Source: Macrostomum hystrix (Eukaryota; Animalia; Platyhelminthes). Taken from it: a DNA stretch of 64,000 nt. The notes beneath the pieces are model-generated. The model saw nothing but the letters and a program-made list of their open reading frames with translations, searched no databases and was not told where the DNA came from. Made by a program: the position numbers and the translations under genes. Shown in pieces: positions 25,793-38,911 of the stretch. The DNA lies in the NCBI GenBank assembly GCA_950097015.1, contig CATNEN010000039.1, forward strand, positions 19,158,001 to 19,222,000, in the 5' to 3' direction. How positions within the stretch are numbered: the stretch's first letter is position 1; each line of letters opens with the position of its first letter.

Positions 25793-28700
25793 ATGCTGCT
25801 TCTTATCAGCGGCTGCTACCCACCAGTCCAGTATCCCGGTCTGCTGCTTCAGGCCTCGGCATCAACGCACTGGGTTGCTTCGCCTGATGGTGGCCTGCCA
25901 CGGCCATTGCCTGTCGAACAGTCTCGACTTTCTATGCGTCGTCCAGCTGACTTGGCCGAATGGCTTCGCCAGTGGGAGCGGCTGCAGCTGCTGGATAGTC
26001 TTGAACGAGAATTGGCCGAGTCTGACGCTGCGCTGGAGGCCATGCCAGCCAGGGATGACACCTTCGTTGAACAGTTTCAACGGAGCAATGCCGACTGTGT
26101 AGCCGCGGGCAAGCCGCTGCAGGACCTGGACCTGTTCGTCTCTGTGCCACTGGACCCTGGCCTAGATCTCGGCGCCAAGCCTGACACCTCTTGGCGCGCT
26201 GTCAGTCTGCTAGTAGGTGCTCTGTCTGCTGCTTTTTCTATTACAATGTCCAGGTTTCTCTTTCTCTCTCGTTTATCCCTGTCTCACCTGTCTCTCTGAT
26301 TATCTGTCTCTCTGTTTTACCTATCTTTCTGATTCTCTGTCTCTCTGTCTCTCTGTCTCACCTGTCTCTCTGTCTCACCTGTCTCTCTGTCTCTCTGTCT
26401 CACCTGTCTCTCTGTCTCACCTGTCTCTCTGTCTTACCTGTCTCTCTGTCTCACCTGTCTCTCTGTCTCACCTGTCTCTCTGTCTCACCTGTCTCTCTGT
26501 CTCACCTGTCTCTCTGTCTCAACGGTCTCTCTGTCTCACCTGTCTCTCTGATTATCTGTCTCTCTGTTTTACCTATCTTTCTGATTCTCTGTCTCTCTGT
26601 CTCACCTGTCTCTCTGTCTTACCTGTCTCTCTGTCTCACCTTTCTCTCTGATTATCTGTCTCTCTGTTTTACCTATCTTTCTGATTCTCTGTCTCTCTGT
26701 CTCACCTGTCTCTCTGTCTCACCTGTCTCTCTGTCTCACCTGTCTCTCTGTCTCACCTGTCTCTCTGTCTCACATCTCTCTGTCTCACCTCTCTCTCTGT
26801 CTCACCTCTCTCTCTGTCTCTCTGTCTCACCTGTCTCTCTGATCCCTGTCTCGCCTAACCAGGTGCCCGACTGTGAGGCTGCGATGAAGCTGACCTTCTC
26901 CATGGACTCGCTGGATCACGTGGAGTCGTTGCGTCATCGAGACAGCTTAGAAACTTCGCCAGACATTTTCCTGTACCGGACCGCCGTGCCAGGCAGCTTG
27001 ACACCCGACCAGTATGGCCACCTGATTGGCGAGGCCCTCACCGTCAATGCCAGCTCCTGGCAGCTGCACAACATGGCCAGCTACTATTGGCGAATCAAAG
27101 GCGACGCTCCTAGGGCTGCCGAGTGCGCTCTCAGGGCTTTCAGGCTGGCCAGGTCTGTACGTCTGTCTGTCTCTCTGTCTGGCTGTCTGCCTGTCTGTCC
27201 ACCTGTCTATTTGTCTGACTGTCTGCCCCCGTCTGTCTGTTCTATGTACGTTTCTGTCCGCCTGTAAGTCCTTCGGTCTTTCTCTCTGCTTACCAGTCTG
27301 TATTTTTATATCCCAGAACTGTCCTGCATCTATCTATCTCTATCTATTTGCAGGGGGGCCGGGGCACTTGTCGCACAAGCGACGGAGCGGCACGCCCCCA
27401 GACCGGCGAACTAGGCGCTTAGCGCCCATCGCGCCGCCTCCCCTGAGCAGGCACCACGCACAGCAGCACAGACCAGCCGGGGAGGGCAGGAGGCACCCAG
27501 AATAGGCAGCAGTGCCCCCCACCCCAGGCCCAGCCCCACACGCACAGAGCAGACCAAGCCGGGGCGGAAGGCTGAAAAGAAATCAGTCCTCAGGGGAGCC
27601 GGGTGATGAGTGTACACTTATCCAATCGCGCTGACGGAATTCCAGAAAGCGCGCGGCGGTGTACACCCGCCCCCCAGCCACCCCCACAAGGCCTCACGCC
27701 CCAGCGCCAACGCACACAACTCACACAACGCAGAACAGGCACACAGAAGGTAGGAGCGAAGCTATTATTTCAAGCTTTGATTGCACGAAATATGGTGCAC
27801 CTCCGCCGGTCGCTACTGTCCAAACCCTCTAACAAGTCCCGATATTAATCGTGACTTAAAGGGAGAATCGAACTAGCGTCCTTTGGAGTGCGAGGCAGCG
27901 ACGCTAGCCGCTGACCCACTCGCCCTCCAACTGTCCTGCATATTAACTATCAGCATTTTCATTCGCTCGTCAGCCATCAGAGCCGGCACTCGGTGCTGCT
28001 GAACCTAGCCAGCCTGCTTCACGCAGCCAAGCGTCACTCGGACGCGCTCGTCCTGCTTCACGCCGCCCTCGCCATGAATCCGCGATCAGAAGCTGCTTTT
28101 GTGTTGCTAGGCAACGTACTAACCCTTCTAGCCGACTTTCCCGCCGCCCTGCGAGCTTATCAGGTGAATATTTCTTATTTTATTCCCTATTTTGGCTGTT
28201 CAAACTACTTATAGTAGTGTAGAGGCGACAGCACAGCCGCAGCTATTGTGCGACGCATCTAAAGGCTGCGTACAGCTGTTCAGTCCATAGACATGGGAGG
28301 GGCCGCCACACCCATCCTTAATGACCCCAGCTGATTCTGGTATTAATTTAACAGCGGGGTGAGCTGAAGCCATGCCAAGTTAAGTGGCATGTAAATTGTA
28401 AAAGGACACAAATTGTTCCAGTGGAGTCGGGAATCGAACCCCGACCTTCAAGTCATATGTCCGAACAGTGGGTACAATTCCTAATTATCTTTTTTTGCTT
28501 TTAGTCTGCCCTGACTTTGCCGACGAAAGTTACTAAATCTGTTCAGCAGCAGCAGTTGATCAGCAGCAGCTCCTCTTTGCGATCATGGCCTTCACAGTCA
28601 GCCAGCGCTTTGGCCGGTCTGCGGGCAGACGCTCAAAGAAAAGCGGCCGCCGTGCGCTGCCAACTGGGCCTTGAAAACAGCCTGCGCCAGCAGAATCGCG

Positions 28701-31700
28701 AGGTCGGCGCCGCGATGTCACGGGTCAGACGCTTCCATGACAGATCTGAGGCGCTGGCCAGAGCCAAGGAGTTGGCGGCCAGCGAGGTGGCGCCCCTGCA
28801 GGTGAGCATTTAGATGCCAATGTTTCAACTCTCATCACCAATGTTTCAACTCTCATCACCAATGTTACAACTCTCATCACCAATGTTACAACTCTCATCA
28901 CCAATGTTACAACTCTCATCACCAATGTTTCAACTCTCATCACCAATGTTACAACTCTCATCACCAATGTTTCAACTCTCATCACCAATGTTACAACTCT
29001 CATCACCAATGTTACAACTCTCATCACCAATGTTACAACTCTCATCACCAATGTTACAACTCTCATCACCAATGTTACAACTCTCATCACCCATGTTACA
29101 ACTCTCATCACCAATGTTACAACTCTCATCACCAATGTTACAACTCTCATCACCAATGTTACAACTCTCATCACCAATGTTACAACTCTCATCACCAATG
29201 TTACAACTCTCATCACCAATGTTACAACTCTCATCACCAATGTTACAACTCTCATCACCAATGTTACAACTCTCATCACCAATGTTACAACTCCCATCAC
29301 CAATGTTACAACTCTCATCACCAATGTTACAACTCTCATCACCAATGTTACAACTCTCATCACCAATGTTACAACTCTCATCACCAATGTTACAACTCCC
29401 ATCACCAATGTTACAACTCTCATCACCAATGTTACAACTCTCATCACTAATGTTACAACTCTCATCACCAATGTTACAACTCTCATCAATATTCTCATTG
29501 CCATGGCTAAATCCTTTGCTCTTCCTTTCTTCCCAGGCCCGCAAAGCCTCTGAGGCGGCCTACCAGGAGTATTTGGCTCGCAATCCTGCACTATCCGCCT
29601 CCTGCCAATCGTCGTCTACCTCGCCCGTCGGTTCGTCGACGACCATTCCGTCTTCGCATTCGCCGGCCGCCGACCTGAGCCAGCCCCGAAGGCCGCGGGT
29701 GCACTTTATGATCAGGGCTGAGCTGCCAGAGTCTCTGCGATATCTGAGCAATGCCAGCGCCTTTCCGGAGCAGACTGAATGCCGCACCATCTTAGAGTCT
29801 GCTGCTGCTGCTCAACTGCCGACTGAGCACGTGCCGCTTGAGAACAAAGGCTTCGACTCTTTGGCTATGGTGACAGACGGCCTCGGCATTCGACTGGGCG
29901 AGGAACATCCTTTGCCTTGGTGAGTTGTCTCAATAAGACATGTTGTTTCATATCCGTACACTTCTGTAGACTGACATAGCTACTCTATGAACTCAAAACT
30001 CATGGCATCTCTGAAATATACTATAGCATACCATACCATACCATAGCCAAGGACTCGTTTGTCGAGGGATGCGGTGAGCACAATCTTCCAGACTCTTTCT
30101 TCTTGGATCATTAGCATACCTTTCTCAGTGTCCATTTCAGGGTGAGCTTTGCTTAGTTTTTTCAGTTCCGCGGGGTCCGATGTTGATGGGGCTTCGACTA
30201 AATTATCTGTCTGCCATTTTAGCAGGATAGAAATGGCAGGGTCTTCGCGCTGGGCTTTGAGAATTTCATCTCGCTTCAGGGGGACTGGTAAAAAATCGGT
30301 TAATAATTTCTCGATTCTGGTCGCACAGTGGGGGGTCAATTTCCTCTGTACCTCGGCTCGGTTGCAGTTTGCTTGAGCTCTGTGAGGGCACATTTTCCGA
30401 GGGTTTGGACTCCGTTTGTACCCCTTTTTCTTGTTTGATTACAGGAGGAGGTCCAACGGGTTCAGGTCGCAGTTGGGGTTTTTTAGTCGGTTGATTGATG
30501 ATTCTGGGACTTAGCTCAATCTTTGGTGATTTAGGTTTGGGCAATTCCGATCATCAGGTCAGGTCATCGGGATGTTAGCTTCTTCCAGACCTCTGGAATC
30601 ACATCTCTGGTCAAATGCGGTCAACCATACTTGTATGTCTTGGCCTGGGGTGAATTTTTGGATCTTTACTTGTCTAGCGGGGGCAATCTCTAATCGATTT
30701 CGAATCTCTTCGGCTAGAAGGGCGATGACATCATTAATTCCTGCAGCTGGGAGAGGTTGGTTTCCAGGTGCTGCTGGGGGTAGGTTCGGAGGTTCCAGGT
30801 TGGGCTGGGGGTCATTTGATGCCATTTTGATACTCAATTTGATCGCGCTGTTCACCAGATTTCAATCCTTATCGCTGCCACCAAGTTGTAGCAGACCTCT
30901 CAGCTGTCTCTATTTGTTGGATTTGGGATTGGTGAGCTGAGTATTTGGGGGGATGGTAGCGTAAGTTATGAGGGTGAGAATAGGTATTTTCCACGCTGTT
31001 CGGGTTATACCTAAGGTAGCGCTAATGCCCGAGCGGCAAGACACTAGCTACTAACAATGGGAGAAGAATCGACTGCTGCTGGCACGAGGGCTTAGGTCAC
31101 TCACTGATCTGGGGCACACAGTCCGTGGGGCGGATCAGGATGGATTGAAGTTGCCTGCTGAACGTCCTTCGCACTCTCACTTACTTTCCTCTATGGGGTC
31201 CGGAATTAGTACAGTTTCATTGGGGGGATAAAGGCGGAGTTTTGGGACTTCAGGGGGGTATTTAGGGAACTTTAGGTGGACTTCAGATAGACTTCAGGTG
31301 GATTTTTAGATGGGATTTTAGGACGGTATATTGGGATTTCAAAGGGATCATATAATAGGGTGGATTTGGGTGAAGAAGGCCGATGAAAGATAAATGGGAG
31401 AGGATTGGGGAGGTAAAGGGATCTATCTGTTTTACTCATATTAGGAAAATAACTAAGGAACTCGGTTTATTTAATAGCGAAACAGGGAAAGAGGTAGGAA
31501 GTGGAATCGCTTATATTTCGTATAGGTTGTATCGAACGTAGAGCTAAACGTTGAGAACGTATAGAACGTAAAGCAGGTCAAACAGGGTAAACAGGGTCAA
31601 GATCGCATTATATTATTCCCTGTATATATATACCAAAATTGGGGTGGGTGCATGTTTCGCTTGAGTGCGCACACAACGAACAAAGAGCGCTGCGTGAGGT

Positions 31701-34700
31701 TACGACAAAGAGCTAGTGCGTCAGAAAAAGTGGCGGGAATTCAAAATGAAAGTGTCCTAATTATTCACTGCCTCACAACTCTGAAACACTTCCATAGCAA
31801 CGGTAGCAACTCTGAAACATTCCATAGCAACGGTAGCATCTCTGAAACATTTCATAGCAACGGTAGCATCTCTGAAACATTTCATAGCAACGGTAGCATC
31901 TCTGAAACATACCATAGCAACGGTAGCATCTCTAAAACATATCATTGCAACGGTAGCATCTCTGAAACATACCATAGCAACGGTAGCATCTCTGAAACAT
32001 TTCATAGCAACGGTAGCATCTCTGAAACATACCATAGCAACGGTAGCATCTCTAAAACATATCATTGCAACGGTAGCATCTCTGAAACATACCATAGCAA
32101 CGGTAGCATCTCTGAAACATACCATAGCAACGGTAACATCTCTGAAACATACCATAGCAACGGTAGCATCTCTGAAACATATCATAGCAACGGTAGCATC
32201 TCTGAAACATATCATAGCAACGGTAGCATCTCTGAAACATATCATAGCAACGGTAGCATCTCTGAAACATATCATAGCAACGGTAGCATCTCTGAAACAT
32301 ATCATAGCAACGGTAGCATCTCTGAAACATATCATAGCAACGGTAGCATCTCTGAAACATATCATAGCAACGGTAGCATCTCTGAAACATACCATAGCAA
32401 CGGTAGCATCTCTGAAACATACCATAGCAACGGTAGCATCCCTAAAACATACCATAGCAACGGTAGCATCTCTGAAACATATCATAGCAACGGTAGCAAT
32501 CGGTATGCTATTTCTCCAGGTACCCACCTGACTGCTCAGAGTTCCCGGATCCACAGCCCAGCCGTCTGACTGGCGATCACCTCGACGCCGTCCAACTCGC
32601 TCGCTCGGCCGATGCCAACCTGCCATCGTCATCGTCATCGTCCAGGCATTATCAGCAGCGCGACGGATTCAGTTCTCTGCAGCCAGAGCCGCCGGAACCC
32701 CTACTTGGCGGCCTGTCTAGTCGACTGCATCTGGAAGATCTGGGTCAACGGCTGCTGACCGGCCTTCGGTCTGGTCGCGGCGGGCCGCACTGGGCCCTGT
32801 TCACCCTCGCCGGCGCCTACTGGCGCGTTCGAGCCAATCCGCGGCGCAGCGTCGACTGCCTGCGTCGGGCCATCTTTTTGGCGCCGGAAAATTTTAGAGA
32901 CGTCCCGCTACTGTGCCTAGCCGGCCTGCTGGGACGAGCTGGTCACCTGGCCGATGCTGCTAGCCTGACTGCTGACGCCTTGGCAACTGCGGGCTTCTTG
33001 GAGCCCGCTGTGCACGCTATGCATGCCCACTTGCTGGCTGGGTCTGTTCTTAACTCTAACTACCTGTGTGGATGACTGTTGTTGCTACCTGTGTAGATGC
33101 CTGTTGTTGCTGCCTGTGTCACTGCCTGTTGTTGCTACCTGTGTAGATGCCTGTTGTTGCTGCCTGTGTGGATGCCTGTTGTTGCTGCCTGTGTCACTGC
33201 CTGTTGTTGCTACCTGTGTAGATGCCTGTTGTTGCTGCCTGTGTGGATGCCTGTTGTTGCTACCTGTGTAGATGCCTGTTGTTGCTGCCTGTGTGGATGC
33301 CTGTTGTTGCTGCCTGTGTCACTGCCTGTTGTTGCTACCTGTGTAGATGCCTGTTGTTGCTACCTGGGTGGATGCCTGTTGTTGCTACCTGGGTGGATGC
33401 CTGTTGTTGCTACCTGTGTAGATGCCTGTTGTTGCTGCCTGTGTGGATGCCTGTTGTTGCTGCCTGTGTGGATGCCTGTTGTTGCTACCTGTGTAGATGC
33501 CTGTTGTTGCTGCCTGTGTGGATGCCTGTTGTTGCTACCTGTGTCACTGCCTGTTGTTGCTACCTGTGTAGATGCCTGTTGTTGCTGCCTGTGTGGATGC
33601 CTGTTGTTGCTGCCTGTGTGGATGCCTGTTGTTGCTGCCTGTGTGGATGCCTGTTGTTGCTGCCTGGGTGGATGCCTGTTGTTGCTACCTGTGTAGATGC
33701 CTGTTGTTGCTGCCTGTGTGGATGCCTGTTGTTGCTACCTGGGTGGATGCCTGTTGTTGCTACCTGTGTAGATGCCTGTTGTTGCTACCTGGGTGGATGC
33801 CTGTTGCTACATTTCCATCCTGTGCTTACCTAAATTTAAATGCCTGTTGTAAATACCTGTGTGAACAACATACCTGTTGCAGTTGGTCCAGTTTAAATTG
33901 GCCTGTAATATGTCCTCTCTGTCTCACCCACCCCACCACCAGGCTCTCAAACTACACAGGCGCGGACAGTCACTACCTGGCCGCGATACGCCAGGATCCC
34001 AAACGATCCGACAGCCTGGTGCCGATGCTGGCCGCAGCGCGCTGCCGCCGTAGAGCAGTCGAAGCCGCGGGAATCGGCTGCGCCGGCTCCAGCGCAGGGC
34101 CGTTCGATCCGGAGCGGCCCTGTCGGAATCGGCACGCCTGCGCTGAACTGCGGGCTTATTATCAGGAGAAAATTTGCGAACTGTACGCGCACTACATGCA
34201 GTACCCGGCCGCTTCTGAGTGCATTGCACCCGCCAGCACCATCGCTTTCAAGTGAGCTGCTTTGTACGGGGTGTCAGCGACTGGGTGTGTCCATGGTGTC
34301 TGACTGGGTGTGTCCATGGTGTCTGACTGGGTGTGTCCATGGTGTTTGTGACTGGGTGTGTCCATGGTGTCTGTGACTGTGTGTGTCCATAGTGTCTGAC
34401 TGGGTGTGTCCATGGTGTCTGTGACTGGGTGTGTCCATGGTGTCTGTGACTGGGTGTGTCCATAGTGTCTGACTGGGTGTGTCCATGGTGTCTGTGACTG
34501 GGTGTGTCTATGGTGTCTGTGACTAGTCTAGTAAAGTCCAACTCCAAGGTGGGATAAACGCCATTTCCGCAGGGTGCCGCATATTCACCTAATGCAGCGC
34601 AAGGACAGTGCCCTGGTGATCAAAGGCCTGCTGTACAACTCTGACCGCAGCGGAGCGGCTGCGGATCCTTCAGGAGCCGACTGCGTGGTGTTCAACGATA

Positions 34701-36267
34701 GCACACACTCGCCTGGCTGTCAGCGTTTTGCCGCCGCGCCCGTAGCCGCAAAAACTCTAGCCGACACCGTCGAGTTTGTCGGCAAGCTGCGGGCGTTGAT
34801 TAATCGGCACGCTGAGCTTCTTCGAGCTGGCAAACCGCCGCTCAGCCAGCTGAACTTGAACAAGTAACTCATTGGCCACTTTTCACTGCTTCCCAGATCC
34901 TCAGCCTTCCAGATCCTCAGCCTCCCAGATCCTCAGCCTTCCAGATCCTCAACCTCCCAGATCCTCAGCCTCCCAGATCCTCAGCCTTCCAGATCCTCAA
35001 CCTCCCAGATCCTCAGCCTCCAAGATCCTCAGCCTCTCAGATCCTCAACCTCTCAGATCCTCAGCCTTCCAGATCCTCAGCCTCCCAGATCCTCAGCCTT
35101 CCAGATCCTCAACCTCACAGATCCTCTGCCTCCCAGATCCTCGACCTCCCAGATCCTCAGCCTTCCAGATCCTCAGCCTCCCAGATCCTCAGCCTCCCAG
35201 ATCCTCTGCCTTCCAGATCCTCAGCCTTCCAGATCCTCAACCTCACAGATCCTCTGCCTCCCAGATCCTCGACCTCCCAGATCCTCAGCCTTCCAGATCC
35301 TCAGCCTCCCAGATCCTCAGCCTCCCAGATCCTCTGCCTTCCAGATCCTCAGCCTCCCAGATCCTCTGCCTTCCAGATCCTCAACCTCCCAGATCCTCAG
35401 CCTCCCAGATCCTCAGCCTTCCAGATCCTCAGCCTCCCAGATCCTCAGCCTTCCAGATCCTCAACCTCACAGATCCTCTGCCTCCCAGATCCTCGACCTC
35501 CCAGATCCTCAGCCTTCCAGATCCGCAGCCTCCCAGATCCTCAGCCTCCCAGATCCTCTGCCTTCCAGATCCTCAGCCTTCCAGATCCTCAACCTCACAG
35601 ATCCTCTGCCTCCCAGATCCTCGACCTCCCAGATCCTCAGCCTTCCAGATCCTCAGCCTCCCAGATCCTCAGCCTCCCAGATCCTCTGCCTTCCAGATCC
35701 TCAGCCTCCCAGATCCTCTGCCTTCCAGATCCTCAACCTCCCAGATCCTCAGCCTCCCAGATCCTCAGCCTTCCAGATCCTCAGCCTCCCAGATCCTCTG
35801 CCTTCCAGATCCTCAGCCTCCCAGATCCTCAGCCTTCCAGATCCTCAACCTCTCAGATCCTCAGCCTCCCATATCCTCAGCCTTCCAGATCCTCAGCCTC
35901 CCAGATCCTCAGCCTTCCAGATCCTCAGCCTCCCAGATCATCTGCCTTCCAGATCCTCAACCTCTCAGATCCTCTGCCTCCCAGATCCTCGACCTCCCAG
36001 ATCCTCAGCCTTCCAGATCCTCAACCTCTCAGATCCTCGGCCTCCCAGATCCTAGACCTCCCAACCTGCCAGATCATCCGCTAACCTCCAGATTAGAACC
36101 AATGTGACCTTCATCCGCATGTCCGCAGCTGTCCTTCAGCCACCGTCCTGGCTAGTCCTGCCGCACCCACCTGGCCTGGCGATGTGCTGCTCGACCGGCT
36201 GGCCAAACTGCGCGAGCGGCGTCAACAGTTTCTCAAAATTGGACGCCGACCAACTGCTGCCAACAAA

Positions 36268-36308
<41 letters not shown>

Positions 36309-37191
36309 AAGCAGTGTGGTTGGTACAATTCCAAAACATTCGCCAAGCAATTTCTTTGCCAGTAATTTAAGCTTTGTTCACGAATCGAATCGCACTGGAG
36401 TTGTGGATCTCGGCGCTCTGGCTTCTGGCACCGCGCCCTACTGCCCGACTACGGCAGCCGACCTAGTGGCCGAGGCAGCTAGTCAGCATCAGCTGCTTAG
36501 GCAGTCAGCCATATCAGCCGCGTCATCCGCGCAGTCGATATCATTCTCAGCATCGCCAGTCGACGATCAGAAGCGTCTGCGCCAGATTCTTTCCGACGCC
36601 CAGCTAAGCCGAACCTTCTTCCGACAGGAAGCCGAGCCGCTGATTGCCACGACGACGAAGGCCGACCGACTCGGCGACCAGCTTGTTGAGCTGCTGTCCA
36701 GCCTGGGACTGACCTGGTGGGATGTCGGCGATGACCTGGCATTTAATGAGGCCCTTGTGGCCCGCTTCGTGCCAGACAGGCGAACAGCTGCGCCGAGCTC
36801 GGAGGCCTGGGCCTCGGCTGCGGTGGCGGCGCTGCAGCACCGTCGTCATGGCAACCACACAGCCGCATTCGAATGCCTGCTGACTGCGCACGACTGGTCG
36901 CCTAGTGGCACCAGGCACGTGGCCCTCCTGGGCCTCGCCGAACTCCTCAGCCAATACGACGAAGATGGCCGACGGTTGGCATTCTCTCTAGTCGACTTGG
37001 TATTCGCCCAATCGCAGCCGACGGCGGCCGGTCACGTGACCCTGGCCAACATTCACGCAGCCGGTAACGACTGGCTGGAGGCGGCTAAGCACTACGAGAT
37101 AGCCCTTTCGCTAGATCCCGACCTAACCCTGGCTGATGAACGGCTTGAAGTACTGCGCTGTCTGATTCGCGAAAACAACATTGTGACCTGA
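25793..37191 (+). CDS. TTC17: Tetratricopeptide repeat protein 17-like; exons 25793-~26212 (alternative donor 26200), 26863-27152, 27974-28163, 28505-28801, 29537-29919, 32520-33041, 33943-34251, 34573-34863, 36129-37191
   Basis: TTC17-type motifs STHWVASPDG, DCVAAGKPLQDLDLF, SSWQLHNMASYYWRIKG, HPLPW|YPPDC, HWALFTLAGAYWRVRAN and C-terminal TPRs; all introns GT-AG and phase-consistent. Confidence 0.85.
26279..26840. repeat. 17-bp CT-rich minisatellite (ctgtctctctgtctcac), TTC17 intron 1
   Basis: Tandem copies plus a repeated ~45-bp variant. Confidence 0.9.
27340..27928 (-). mobile_element. Putative tRNA-derived SINE in TTC17 intron 2; 3' extent uncertain
   Basis: Minus-strand head ggagggcgagTGGGTCAGCGGctagcg...AGTTCGATTCTccc at 27861-27928; GC-rich body. 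Confidence 0.45.
28224..28450 (-). mobile_element. tRNA-derived SINE (family 1) in TTC17 intron 3
   Basis: B box GGTTCGATTCCC on the minus strand; body matches 11566-11775. Confidence 0.6.
28817..29488. repeat. 21-bp minisatellite (ccaatgttacaactctcatca), TTC17 intron 4
   Basis: About 32 near-perfect copies filling almost the whole intron. Confidence 0.95.
30047..31777 (-). mobile_element. Internally deleted, truncated Gypsy-type LTR retrotransposon: LTR 31777-30887, PBS, gag start, pol fragment
   Basis: Minus strand TGTGAG...GCTACA then act-TGGTGGCAGCG (PBS-like). Gag-like ORF KIQKFTPGQDIQVWLTAFDQRC; pre-integrase linker RDEILKAQREDPAISILLKWQ...IVLTASLDKRVL. No second LTR seen. Confidence 0.7.
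31780..32498. repeat. 30-bp minisatellite (catagcaacggtagcatctctgaaacatat), TTC17 intron 5
   Basis: About 24 copies, ending shortly before the acceptor at 32519. Confidence 0.95.
33061..33810. repeat. 25-bp minisatellite (gatgcctgttgttgctacctgtgta), TTC17 intron 6
   Basis: About 30 tandem copies. Confidence 0.95.
34279..34523. repeat. 23/25-bp minisatellite (gactgggtgtgtccatggtgtct[gt]), TTC17 intron 7
   Basis: About 10 copies. Confidence 0.9.
34891..36062. repeat. 16-bp minisatellite (cagatcctcagcctcc), TTC17 intron 8
   Basis: About 70 copies. Confidence 0.95.
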
Positions 37192-37211
37192 TGCCTTCTG
37201 ATAGTCCTTAG

Positions 37212-37227
37212 TGTCCTTAAAAGGGCC
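37212..37227 (-). promoter_or_regulatory. Orphan histone 3' stem-loop-like motif (GGCCCTTTTAAGGACA)
   Basis: Identical to the degenerate stem-loop behind the minus-strand H2B (38875-38890). Confidence 0.55.
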
Positions 37228-37758
37228 GCTTGAGCAACCCGCTAAATAGAATAAGTTTATGCTTTTTATGCTTAATCTTTCGTGGCTTCGCTTTAGACAA
37301 ATAATTTAGTGGCTTTTCCTTTCCACTGTTTTATATGAACATTTTTAGACAATTTTAGCATTTGCTTAATAGTTTAGGTCTCGATTGCTAGAGTGCTTGC
37401 ATCGATGATATATTGGATAAATAGCTTGGAATTCATTTTTTCAGACGATTTTAGTCGGCTTTTCGGTTCTTATTAAAATTTTGCTATGCCTATTATTTTA
37501 CTTTCTTTTACTATGCTTGAATATCTTGCGCAGGGTTTCTTCATAAAAGGTTAACTATGCATGTATTCCGTTTGAGTTTTTATCAGTTTAATCAGTTATT
37601 CAGAGCAATAAATAGGGTTGTATGAAATTTTTCGTTTGTGAGAGCTTTTACTAAAATGCGCCTTCAGTCTATTATCTCCATGCTCAGCCTTACTTTTGTC
37701 TAGCTTTGCTCTGTTGGCAACAGAAAATTTTCTGTCTAACATTTTTATTTATTCTAAC

Positions 37759-37774
37759 GACCCTTAAAAGGGCC
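37759..37774 (-). promoter_or_regulatory. Orphan histone 3' stem-loop (aaaacGGCCCTTTTAAGGGTC)
   Basis: Matches the histone stem-loop consensus including the upstream AAAC; no intact histone ORF precedes it. Confidence 0.6.
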
Positions 37775-38911
37775 GTTTTTGCTGCTCTCGTACTCAGTCC
37801 ACATTTGCCACGAATTACATGATTCCTTTGCCAATATGCCTGCCTGTCTGCCGTTCCGGCAGGTTTTGTGGACCTACTTGTCGTTAGGGAGTATTTTTAA
37901 ATGTTACTTATTCTTTCTGTTGAGTATTCATTCCACCGTCAACAAATATCAGAACATCGACTTTCACTTTCTGAGCTTTTTTGGGTCATTTCTTCTTCTG
38001 TGTGTTACTTTCATTCTTCTAAAGCTCTGGCCTTATCATTTATTTTCTTAAGCGGTCATTTCGCGCTTTTGTGTTCTAATCATTTTATTGATGTGTTCAG
38101 TCAATCTGTCCTGTCGAGTGTGCCTTTAAAATATTTTAAGTTTTTTTCATTTATTAGCCTATGATTTGTTTAATTTTTAGATGCATATCCATTCTCGTAC
38201 ATTACTAACAACGAATGTTGTTTGTTTTTTTATAAAACAATTTGTAATAATTTGTTCTATAACTTTTTGTCTTGTCAAACGTGTAATTTCTTACGGCTAA
38301 TACAGTACGTAATATTTTTTAACTATCAGTCTGCTTTTCTTTACTGTTCATTTAATAATGCTTCATTTTTTATTTTACTTTATAATAAATATATTTATTA
38401 CTTTCTGTCTATATTGAGATGTGCATTCTGCTGTATAACATTTAGACGCTGTTGGAGTGTAAATATAATTTATGGCTTTGCTATTTTCTAAATGTACAGT
38501 TTTAACTCATTACTGGTACCGGTACATGTAGTTGAAAATGTGGAACGAGATTTATAGAAAAAAAGCTTAGAACGAGTACTACAACATAAATAAGTTCGTT
38601 ATTTCGCATTTACCGATTTGACAAACTATTATTCCAATTTAATGAAAGTATTATTGTACGAATGGTTAAGTCAAAGTTTATTTCTTAGGAGTAAAACTGT
38701 ACTTGTACCAACTTGACAATGGATTTTGATGAAACAAATGAAACTACGCCTTAACAAAAGGAGTCAGTAGAAAATAGCAGCATTGTACAAATTGAAGAAA
38801 AGATAAATATTTGTTTATATCTGAAGTTTGGTTCTTCAGATTCTACATTCGTAGACGTAAAAAACACGAAATTGTGTCCTTAAAAGGGCCGTTTTAAGAA
38901 GCCGACAGTTT

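Noticed and set aside
28725-36107. Repeat-peptide ORFs (MLQLSSP, SETYHSNGSI, CCC-rich, PDPQP)
   Set aside because: They lie inside phase-consistent GT-AG introns of TTC17 and are minisatellite translations.
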